The translations under genes were made by a program, and so were the position numbers. 43,842 nt of DNA from a virus (taxonomy: Duplodnaviria > Caudoviricetes), in the IMG/VR virus record IMGVR_UViG_3300047313_000026, positions 1-43,842 of that record; one strand, 5' to 3'. Positions 18,174 through 24,703 of this stretch are shown here, in pieces (position 1 is the first letter of the stretch; every line of letters starts with the position of its first letter). The notes under the pieces are model-generated. The model had not been told where the DNA came from and made no database searches. It was given only the letters and a program-made list of their open reading frames with translations.

Positions 18174-19238
18174 TCAGTTCGTTGGCGGCTCGGTCGCCGG
18201 CGAGTCGGTCGGCTGGGAACCGGGCTGGGAACCCCGGAGCACGGCGAGTACCCGCCGCGTCCGGGCGTTATCCTCTTCGCCCGGGGCGAAGTAGTGGGCG
18301 CGTGTCACGGCCGGGCTGGAGTGGCCCATCGAGCGGGCGATGTCATCGACCCGGACGCCCATCTCGAGCGCCAGAGTCGCATGGAGCCCACGCAGCCCTT
18401 GCGGCGTGACCCGCGGAACCCCGGCGACCGCGCACAGCCGCACAACGTGATGGTGAAGCCAGGAGCGCGTCACGTTGCCCCAGAGCCGATCGGTCGGCGC
18501 ACGCCCGGCGGTCCGCCCGGCCAGCCGCTCCTGCATCACCGGCGGGATGGCTAGCGTCCGCACACCCGCCGCCGTCTTGGACCGTGTCACCCACAGCACG
18601 CGGCACTCGTCGTCAACGTCGCGGACGATCCGGTCGGTGACCTCGGAGGCGCGCAGGCCGAGCAGCAGGGCTAGCGCCGCCGCGTCGCCTGCGGCGGTTC
18701 CCTCCTCGAGGGCCGCCGTGACGAACCGGCGCGCCTCGTCGATCCGCAGCTGCGGTCGCCCCCTCGACTTCCGGCCGACGCGCACGATCTCGGCGAACGG
18801 ATTCGCTCGCAGCCAGCCCCGCTTGGCGCACCACACACCGAATTGCTTGGCAGCCACGAGCTCGCCGTGATGGGTGTCGACCTTCGTCATCGCAACGCGC
18901 CGGGCGTACGCGGCCGCCGCAATCGTCGGGGTCAGCCGCCAGAGCGGCGCCTCGCCCTTGGTCTCGAGCTCGAGCAGCGCTGTCAGTCGGTGCTCGAACG
19001 TGCGCTCGGTCGATGCGCGCAATCCGCGAGCACGCAGGCTGAGCACGAACGCGGCGACCGCGTGGCTCACCGTGCGCCCTTCCGCCTGCCGCTCGGCTTC
19101 GTCTCGGAATCGCTGCGCGGCCTGGCGCGACGCAAACGACTCCATGAGGCGCCGGCCGTCTGCGCCAACGAGGACGACGCGCCATCGCTGTCCGTGTTTG
19201 TATGGTCCATGAACTCGCTCCGTTCTTTCTCGGTGCAC
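18174..19238 (-). CDS. int: Tyrosine integrase (354 aa)
   Basis: GLRASEV (R), SKT (K), QGLR (HxxR variant), MGHSS...HY (H, Y); RBS AGGAG; adjacent attP. Confidence 0.93.
   Translation of the reverse strand: MHRERTERVHGPYKHGQRWRVVLVGADGRRLMESFASRQAAQRFRDEAERQAEGRTVSHAVAAFVLSLRARGLRASTERTFEHRLTALLELETKGEAPLWRLTPTIAAAAYARRVAMTKVDTHHGELVAAKQFGVWCAKRGWLRANPFAEIVRVGRKSRGRPQLRIDEARRFVTAALEEGTAAGDAAALALLLGLRASEVTDRIVRDVDDECRVLWVTRSKTAAGVRTLAIPPVMQERLAGRTAGRAPTDRLWGNVTRSWLHHHVVRLCAVAGVPRVTPQGLRGLHATLALEMGVRVDDIARSMGHSSPAVTRAHYFAPGEEDNARTRRVLAVLRGSQPGSQPTDSPATEPPTN
18211..18233 (+). repeat. Tandem GGCTGGGAACC repeats, probable integrase arm-type sites
   Basis: Copies at 18211 and 18223; related AGCTGGGAAG at 18061 on the other side of the core. 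Confidence 0.55.
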
Positions 19239-19357
19239 TGGTCATCTCCTTGGACCAGCCCGCCGATTCCCGATCGCGAGCCTGATCCGGATTGCAGTCG
19301 CCGCGCAACCGCCTCGGCGATCGCCTCGATGTCCTCGGGGTGCAGGCGCGCGGTCAC
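19067..19357 (-). CDS. Small protein overlapping the int start (excisionase-position ORF)
   Basis: GTG just after upstream stop; LHPEDIEAIAEAVARRL N-terminal helix. Confidence 0.45.
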   Translation of the reverse strand: MTARLHPEDIEAIAEAVARRLQSGSGSRSGIGGLVQGDDQCTEKERSEFMDHTNTDSDGASSSLAQTAGASWSRLRRARPRSDSETKPSGRRKGAR

Positions 19358-19358
19358 G

Positions 19359-19742
19359 TCAGCATTCGTCGCCGCACGGGTAGATCGTCGCCCAGCACTC
19401 CGCGGTGCCATCGGGGTAGAGCGCGCAGCCGATGGCGAGCCGCGAGCCGTTCCATACGATGTTCACCGCGCAGGCGATCTGCTGGTCGTTGGCGTGGCAG
19501 GCCAGGGCGCTCAGGTACGTCGCGCCCGGGTAGTGGTCTGGCGCCTGGATCCAGTTCTGCGTCCTCTGCGCCGGGGTCGGCGGTGGCGGACAGCGGGGCG
19601 CTAAGTTGTCGCCGTCGCCGTCAGCGACGATCGGATCGGACACACACGTCGTCGATGCGGCGGCCAGCGACGACGTCGTCGGCTCCACTGCGCATGCGGT
19701 CACCGTCACGATTGCGAACACGATCACGAATGCTCTGAACAT
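19359..19742 (-). CDS. Cys-rich lipoprotein (127 aa)
   Basis: Signal MFRAFVIVFAIVTVTAC with lipobox; 8 further Cys; RBS GGGAG. Confidence 0.7.
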   Translation of the reverse strand: MFRAFVIVFAIVTVTACAVEPTTSSLAAASTTCVSDPIVADGDGDNLAPRCPPPPTPAQRTQNWIQAPDHYPGATYLSALACHANDQQIACAVNIVWNGSRLAIGCALYPDGTAECWATIYPCGDEC

Positions 19743-19768
19743 TGCCTGTCTCCCTGTCTGGTTGTTGT

Positions 19769-19942
19769 TCACCACGGCCGCCAGTGCCGTGCGTCCCACG
19801 CCGCCGCCCCGATGCCACTGATGAAGATCGCGCCGACCACCCACCACCCGAGGTACTCGCCGATCGCATAGAGGAGCGCGGCGCCGGCGATCAGCGTGAC
19901 GACGGCGCGACCGGCCGCCGCCAGCTCGTCCCGATTCAGCAC
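19769..19942 (-). CDS. Small two-TM membrane protein (about 57 aa)
   Basis: Two hydrophobic segments; fits operon tiling. Confidence 0.55.
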   Translation of the reverse strand: MLNRDELAAAGRAVVTLIAGAALLYAIGEYLGWWVVGAIFISGIGAAAWDARHWRPW

Positions 19943-20127
19943 GTGCACTCGTCCTCCGGCCAGCTGTTGAGCGACGCGAGCCTGATCCGCAGCAGCGCCT
20001 GATGGACCGACGCGGCCGAGATGCCGAATCGCTCGGCACAGTCTCGGATGGTCAGCCCGCCGCCCTGCTTGTAGAGGACCGCCGCCTTGTACGAGAGCGA
20101 TGCCGTGCCGCGTGGCTTCCGCATCAC
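19936..20127 (-). CDS. Small HTH DNA-binding protein (63 aa)
   Basis: LTIRDCAERFGISAASVHQAL helix-turn-helix; RBS AAGGAG. Confidence 0.7.
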   Translation of the reverse strand: MMRKPRGTASLSYKAAVLYKQGGGLTIRDCAERFGISAASVHQALLRIRLASLNSWPEDECTC

Positions 20128-20285
20128 GGCTCCTTGCCGACGGGCAGGAAGGGCCCGCGCCCTCGGGGCACGTCCGGGCAGTCGAAGCGGTGCAGCACAC
20201 TCGACTGACAGCAGACCCGCCAGCTCTCGATGCGTTCCTGCGCTGGCATGTCGCGCTGGCGATGCGGTTGGACCTGGGCCGTCAC
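20124..20285 (-). CDS. Hypothetical protein (53 aa)
   Basis: GTGA-coupled at both ends. Confidence 0.5.
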   Translation of the reverse strand: MTAQVQPHRQRDMPAQERIESWRVCCQSSVLHRFDCPDVPRGRGPFLPVGKEP

Positions 20286-20923
20286 CCGTCCCCCTTGGCG
20301 GTGTCGCTCAGCTGCGCGTGGAGCTGCGCGTGATCGACGAGCCCCTTCTGGCAGGCCTCGCACCGGCCGAGGTGCTCGCGGAATCGCTCAGCCCGTGAGG
20401 GGTCGAGCTCGCCGTCGTGGAACCGCATCAGGTCGCCGCAGCGCAGCGCCTCGACCTCGCGACCGAGTGCCTGGATGCGCCGCTCGAGCTCGTTGTCGCG
20501 CTGGTGCTGGGCGAAGATGCCTTGCTCAATGCGCGAGAGCGTATCCTCGGCCGACTCGACGCACCCAAGCCCGAAGGCCTCGTCGGCGATGGTGACCATG
20601 CGCGCCACCAGCTCGTCGTGCCTCGCGGCGAACTCGATGGCATCGCGGGTCAGCCCGGTGATGCGCAGCTTGTCCTCGTCGCGCAGTCGCCGCATCTCGC
20701 GCCAGCTCGAAAACCAGAACGCGCTCGACTTGGCCTCGTGCTCGAGGTCGGTCGGGTCGACCGCGAGCGTCGCGCGCAGGTCGGCCAGCTCCTTGCCGTG
20801 CGACTCGGCGAGCCGGAGCGCGGTCTGGGCGCGGGTCTGCCAGGAGATGGACAGGTTGCGCGCGGCCTCGAGCTGGGCGTGCAGCTCGGTGACGAGGCCC
20901 GGGTCGATGGAATCGCCGCTCAT
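20282..20923 (-). CDS. Coiled-coil protein with C-terminal zf-HC2 (ZAS anti-sigma) domain
   Basis: CGDLMRFHDGELDPSRAERFREHLGRCEACQ = C..DGEL..HxxxCxxC; RBS GGAGG. Confidence 0.75.
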   Translation of the reverse strand: MSGDSIDPGLVTELHAQLEAARNLSISWQTRAQTALRLAESHGKELADLRATLAVDPTDLEHEAKSSAFWFSSWREMRRLRDEDKLRITGLTRDAIEFAARHDELVARMVTIADEAFGLGCVESAEDTLSRIEQGIFAQHQRDNELERRIQALGREVEALRCGDLMRFHDGELDPSRAERFREHLGRCEACQKGLVDHAQLHAQLSDTAKGDG

Positions 20924-21126
20924 CGCGCGCGCCTCCACCGGCTGGCACCCACGACGTACTCGCCCTCGAGGCCCGCGTTGAACGCCGCGAGGAACGGGCC
21001 GGCCTTCAGCTGCCAGAAGAGATCGAGCCGGCGATGGCGGAGCGGCTTGCGGCGATGGATGCCGATGCCGACCGCGGTGCGGTCGACGGGCACGACGGGC
21101 TCGTGGCGGAATAGAACGGGCAGCAT
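20920..21126 (-). CDS. Hypothetical protein (68 aa)
   Basis: Operon tiling, coupled stop/start. Confidence 0.5.
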   Translation of the reverse strand: MLPVLFRHEPVVPVDRTAVGIGIHRRKPLRHRRLDLFWQLKAGPFLAAFNAGLEGEYVVGASRWRRAR

Positions 21127-21127
21127 G

Positions 21128-21472
21128 TCAGTACCCCCTGAAGAAAGGGCCGAACACGTCCTTGACGAGTTTCTCGCCCTCGTAGCTCGCGAGCTTGGCC
21201 GTGAACTTCTCGACCATCGAAGTCGCGAGCGCGGCGGCGATCCCGCGGGCGGCGACGAGCACGGCCGCCTTGATCTCGTCGTGCTGGGCGGCGAGTTCCG
21301 CTCGTACCGTCGGCATCACTTCATCGACGATGTACTTCTTGACCTCGTCGGCGATCGCCTGCGCGGTCGTGTATTCGATGTTGCGGAGCGTCTGCTCTTG
21401 CAGCTTGGCGCCGATCTCCGCGGCCATCTGCGGGATCATCGCCACGACGCTCTCTTCGATGCTCGACATCAC
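21128..21472 (-). CDS. Hypothetical helical protein (114 aa)
   Basis: RBS GAGG, coupled to upstream stop, strong codon bias. Confidence 0.65.
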   Translation of the reverse strand: MMSSIEESVVAMIPQMAAEIGAKLQEQTLRNIEYTTAQAIADEVKKYIVDEVMPTVRAELAAQHDEIKAAVLVAARGIAAALATSMVEKFTAKLASYEGEKLVKDVFGPFFRGY

Positions 21473-21660
21473 GCACCTCGCATGTAGAACAGCGTGATCG
21501 ACAGACAGTGGAACTCGCTGTCACTCGACTGCGTGACCACCTTGTCGACGAGCCTCAGGTCGCGATGGCTGGCGAGCCAGTCGGTGACCTTGTCGCCGAG
21601 CCGGTCGCGCTCCTCGCGCTTCGTCGAAGTGAATACCTGCACTCCATTGAACTGGTCCAT
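21469..21660 (-). CDS. Conserved myxobacterial-type small protein (63 aa)
   Basis: FNGVQVF...RLGDKVTDWL...VDKVVTQSSDSEFHCLSITLFY recalls a small protein family I know from Myxococcota genomes; RBS GGAGG. Confidence 0.75.
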   Translation of the reverse strand: MDQFNGVQVFTSTKREERDRLGDKVTDWLASHRDLRLVDKVVTQSSDSEFHCLSITLFYMRGA

Positions 21661-21675
21661 TGCCACTTACCTCCG

Positions 21676-21764
21676 TGCCGAGAGCTGGAATCGAACCAGC
21701 GTTTGCCGCGAGGGGTAGATGCGAATCGCTCCCCGCGGCCGCGTCACCTGCACGCCGTCTCAGC
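21676..21764 (-). ncRNA. tRNA-like RNA with extended, anticodon-less arm (89 nt)
   Basis: Acceptor GCTGAGA/TCTCGGC+A, D-arm GCGT-GCAGGTG-ACGC, T-arm GCTGG-TTCGATT-CCAGC, 35-nt hairpin GCCGC...GCGGC in anticodon position. Confidence 0.7.
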
Positions 21765-21766
21765 AG

Positions 21767-21880
21767 ACACCGACGAGAGAGGGATTCGTCGGCGCTGGTG
21801 GGTTCACGCTGAATGCCCCAGCGTCCAGGTCCACCACCTGGCGGGCGCGCGTCGAGCTCTGGAGAACAACGCGCGCGCCA
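21767..21880 (-). other. Three abutting stem-loops upstream of the tRNA-like RNA
   Basis: Stems at 21839-21880, 21796-21836 and 21767-21795. Confidence 0.6.
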
Positions 21881-21887
21881 CAACGAA

Positions 21888-22046
21888 TCAGCGACAGCAG
21901 CCCGTGAAGCCCGAGGTCGGGACCATCACTCCTTCCGTCGTAAAGGAGGTGGTGTCGCAACCGGCCGCGACGGCGCCCAGGTCGACGGTTGCGAGCGTGC
22001 GGATGGACTCGGGCTTGAGCGCGAGCTTGCGTTCTTTCTTCTTCAC
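21888..22046 (-). CDS. Lanthipeptide/RiPP precursor-like peptide (52 aa)
   Basis: MKKKERKLALKPESIRTL-ATVDLGAVAAG leader plus Cys/Thr/Ser-rich core; RBS GAAGGAA; GTGA-coupled to exonuclease. Confidence 0.7.
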   Translation of the reverse strand: MKKKERKLALKPESIRTLATVDLGAVAAGCDTTSFTTEGVMVPTSGFTGCCR

Positions 22047-22963
22047 GGTGTTCCTTCGGTGGTGACGGTTGGCGCGCCGGTCATCCAGTCCGGATCCGGC
22101 GTAACGGGCTCGGAGTCGAGGAGCTCCCACGGCTCGATGCGCTGCGAGTAGCCGCCCCACAGGTCGGTGGCCTCGTAGACCTGCAGCTTGTCGAGCCAGA
22201 TCTCGCAGAGGCGCTCGCCTTGCTCGAGCGCGCTCGGCAGCACCTCGTAGACCTGGACGATGTACGGCGGCACGTTCTCGACCGCGACGATGTAGACCGA
22301 CCTCGGCGCGCGGCCGCGCTCGTGGGCAATCGCGGCGCGCTGGTCGGCGAGCTGCGCGTGATAGCCCATCTTCTCTGCATCGCGCAGGAAGCGGAACGGC
22401 GCCGCACACCGCGTCGTCTTGAGCTCGATCAGCTTGTCATCGCCGCGCGCGTCGGGCGTCGACTGCCGAGCGCGGCCGTTCTGCGCCCAGATGATCGAGC
22501 GCTCGTGGATGACGTCGGGCGAGAACAGCAGCCGCTCGGCGTGGGCGTGCGCGTGGATGGCGTCGCAGATGCGGTTCGCCTGCGCCTGCTCGGCGATGCT
22601 CAGGATGACCTTGCCGGCGTGCTCGAGCTGGAACTCCTTCCACGCGTCGCCCGAGCGCGGTGCGATCTTGCTCGGGTTCTTCTTGGCCGGCTTGCGCCAG
22701 ACCGCGAACGGCTTGCCGAAGAGGAACGCATGCACGCCGGAGCCGAGGCGCGACGCGAGCGAGTCCGGCGAGTCGCCCTGGAACGCGAGCATCGCGTGCG
22801 CACCCGACAGGCCGGCGGCGCGCATGTGGTGGAACCGAACCGGCAGCGTGCGCGGATCGACGAGCTTGCGACGCGGCGCCTCGAGCTCGGCCGGCGTGGG
22901 CTCGGCCTCGTCGTCCGCTGGCGCGTCCCAATCCTCGTGCGTGGTGGCGTACGGGTCGGTCAT
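22043..22963 (-). CDS. PD-(D/E)XK exonuclease, RecE/DUF3799-like (306 aa)
   Basis: LGSGVHA, ERSIIW, STPD...IELKTT, GYHAQLA, IVAVE..PPY motifs. Confidence 0.85.
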   Translation of the reverse strand: MTDPYATTHEDWDAPADDEAEPTPAELEAPRRKLVDPRTLPVRFHHMRAAGLSGAHAMLAFQGDSPDSLASRLGSGVHAFLFGKPFAVWRKPAKKNPSKIAPRSGDAWKEFQLEHAGKVILSIAEQAQANRICDAIHAHAHAERLLFSPDVIHERSIIWAQNGRARQSTPDARGDDKLIELKTTRCAAPFRFLRDAEKMGYHAQLADQRAAIAHERGRAPRSVYIVAVENVPPYIVQVYEVLPSALEQGERLCEIWLDKLQVYEATDLWGGYSQRIEPWELLDSEPVTPDPDWMTGAPTVTTEGTP

Positions 22964-23169
22964 GACCGCGCCGCCTTCGCGGCCGCGCGATCGTCGAGCC
23001 ATTCGAGTGCCTTCAGCACGGCGGTCCGATGTGCATCCGATCCGTCCTCCTCGCGGAAGAGCGTCCAGATCTCGCTGCGCACCGCCTGGGGCAGCGCGAA
23101 CCAATGCGGCCGACAGCAGACCTGGTCGACGTGGTGCGACCCGGTACAGCCCAGCACCCGGCACTTCAC
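22960..23169 (-). CDS. Small Cys/His protein (69 aa)
   Basis: CxxxGC...CCRPHWFALPxxVRxxIW motif common in phage early regions. Confidence 0.65.
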   Translation of the reverse strand: MKCRVLGCTGSHHVDQVCCRPHWFALPQAVRSEIWTLFREEDGSDAHRTAVLKALEWLDDRAAAKAARS

Positions 23170-23573
23170 GACTTGACCTCGCCCGCCGGGGGCACAGCGG
23201 CGGGCTTGCGCGGCCGCTCGGGCGCAATGCGGATCACGTCCATGTCCTCGACCTCGTCAGTGGTGGGGTCGCGCAGTCGCTTGTGGATCACAACGAGCGT
23301 GATCCAGCCGCGCCAGTCGCCCCAGTGGTCCGAGCCGCAGATGCTCGTGAGCGTCTTGGCCATCGTCGCGTTGAGCCCGAGCTTCTTGCTCTTGCCCTTG
23401 AACGCGATGTACAGCGTCTCTTTCTTGCCGCCCGGGTTCTTGATGATGCACTTGCCGCTGTCGACGATCTCGACGTCGGCCTTCGTGCCTGGCCCGCCGA
23501 GGTCCTCGGCGTAGAGGTACTCGGGGTCCATCCGCTTGATCACGGTCCTCCAGTGGGGTTTGCCGGCCGACAT
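23166..23573 (-). CDS. Putative ssDNA-binding / recombination partner protein (135 aa)
   Basis: YLYAEDL...LGLNATMAKTL...G...WRG.ITL pattern of a phage family found beside RecE-like nucleases. Confidence 0.6.
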   Translation of the reverse strand: MSAGKPHWRTVIKRMDPEYLYAEDLGGPGTKADVEIVDSGKCIIKNPGGKKETLYIAFKGKSKKLGLNATMAKTLTSICGSDHWGDWRGWITLVVIHKRLRDPTTDEVEDMDVIRIAPERPRKPAAVPPAGEVKS

Positions 23574-23839
23574 CAGTGGGTCTCCTCGTGATCGGTCTCG
23601 AAGTTGTCCACGGGCAGCGGGATGATCTGCGGCTCGGCCGGCACAGGCAGCTCGCGCAGCTCGACGCCGTGGCGGGCCAGCGCCTCGCGGATGTCGGCGC
23701 GGTTGTGGCGGCGGACGCGGGCGATCGCGCGCGGGGTCGCCGGCGGAAGGGCGCGAGGGGGCCGGTTGCCCACCAGGAAGCCGCTGCACCACGCTACGGT
23801 GAGGGCGGCCGCTGCAGCAATGACTGTCAGTACCAGCAT
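23573..23839 (-). CDS. Hypothetical protein with N-terminal TM segment (88 aa)
   Basis: Coupled both ends; RBS GGAGG. Confidence 0.55.
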   Translation of the reverse strand: MLVLTVIAAAAALTVAWCSGFLVGNRPPRALPPATPRAIARVRRHNRADIREALARHGVELRELPVPAEPQIIPLPVDNFETDHEETH

Positions 23840-24123
23840 CAGTGCGCCTCCCCTTCCGTCGGCTTGGCGTGCTTCGCGAGCACGCGCCCGACCAGGTGAA
23901 TCACCTCTTCGTCGCGCGACTTGGCGCCGCCCGATACCCACGCCACGGCAGCGACGAACTCGTGGCCGTCGCCGGCGGGGACCGTGACGGCCACCCACCA
24001 GCCCGCGCGGCCGCCCAGGCGAGCGCCCCACGCCGTGACGTCGAGGCCGTCGCGGTGCTCGAGGTAGTAGGTCGAGCGTACCTGCGGACAGCCAACGTAG
24101 GCCTGCAGCTCGGCGAGCGTCAC
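23839..24123 (-). CDS. Hypothetical protein (94 aa)
   Basis: GTGA coupling, operon tiling. Confidence 0.55.
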   Translation of the reverse strand: MTLAELQAYVGCPQVRSTYYLEHRDGLDVTAWGARLGGRAGWWVAVTVPAGDGHEFVAAVAWVSGGAKSRDEEVIHLVGRVLAKHAKPTEGEAH

Positions 24124-24425
24124 GGCGCACCATCCGGCAAGAGCAGCGCGGTCAGCTCGCCGCCGATCGAGCGGTGGGTGACGAGCCGCGCCTCGCAGCC
24201 CTCGTTCGCGCAGTCGATCCGCTCGCCGTGCGAGTCGGCCGGCGCGAACACCGGGCCGACGCAGAGCGGGCACTCAAGCGGCACGCTCGCGCATTCAATC
24301 GCGACGTTGAAGGCGCGGCGCTCGACCTCGCGCCGGCGGAACCGACGCGGATCGCGATCGCGGTCTCGTTCTCGCCGGCGCTCGGCGAGGTCGTCGCGGA
24401 AGATATCGTGATCGTCGGACGTCAT
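24120..24425 (-). CDS. Zn-ribbon hypothetical protein (101 aa)
   Basis: CPLC...CANEGC; RBS GGAGG. Confidence 0.6.
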   Translation of the reverse strand: MTSDDHDIFRDDLAERRRERDRDRDPRRFRRREVERRAFNVAIECASVPLECPLCVGPVFAPADSHGERIDCANEGCEARLVTHRSIGGELTALLLPDGAP

Positions 24426-24703
24426 GACGGGACGCCTCCGAGCTTCGAGGCGGCGTCGACGGCCTGCGCCCGCAGCGCCGGCATCACCTTGCGGGTCGCA
24501 TCGAGCATCACGATCGAGGCGTTGAGCGTGTCGTTGGGGCCGTCGCTCTCCGCGATCGCCATCGCGAGGGCGCCGAGTAGCGCCGTGACGCGAGCGACGG
24601 CGGGTCGCTTGTCGCCCGCCGTGAGCTTGGTCGCCGCGCGGTACAGCTCGCGCGACTGCAGCATGCACTCGAGGGCCTCTGTCGTGACCGGCGGCGGGCT
24701 CAC
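24422..24703 (-). CDS. Hypothetical protein (93 aa)
   Basis: Coupled both ends. Confidence 0.55.
   Translation of the reverse strand: MSPPPVTTEALECMLQSRELYRAATKLTAGDKRPAVARVTALLGALAMAIAESDGPNDTLNASIVMLDATRKVMPALRAQAVDAASKLGGVPS

Noticed and set aside
18109-18294. 61-aa ORF MGLEVLVGNTVGVRVPLRA
   Set aside because: It is the translation of the tRNA fragment and antisense int tail
21676-21764. Intron-containing tRNA or tmRNA
   Set aside because: Extra 18 nt is far too short for a self-splicing intron and shows no clear bulge-helix-bulge; no G3.U70 pair or tag reading frame
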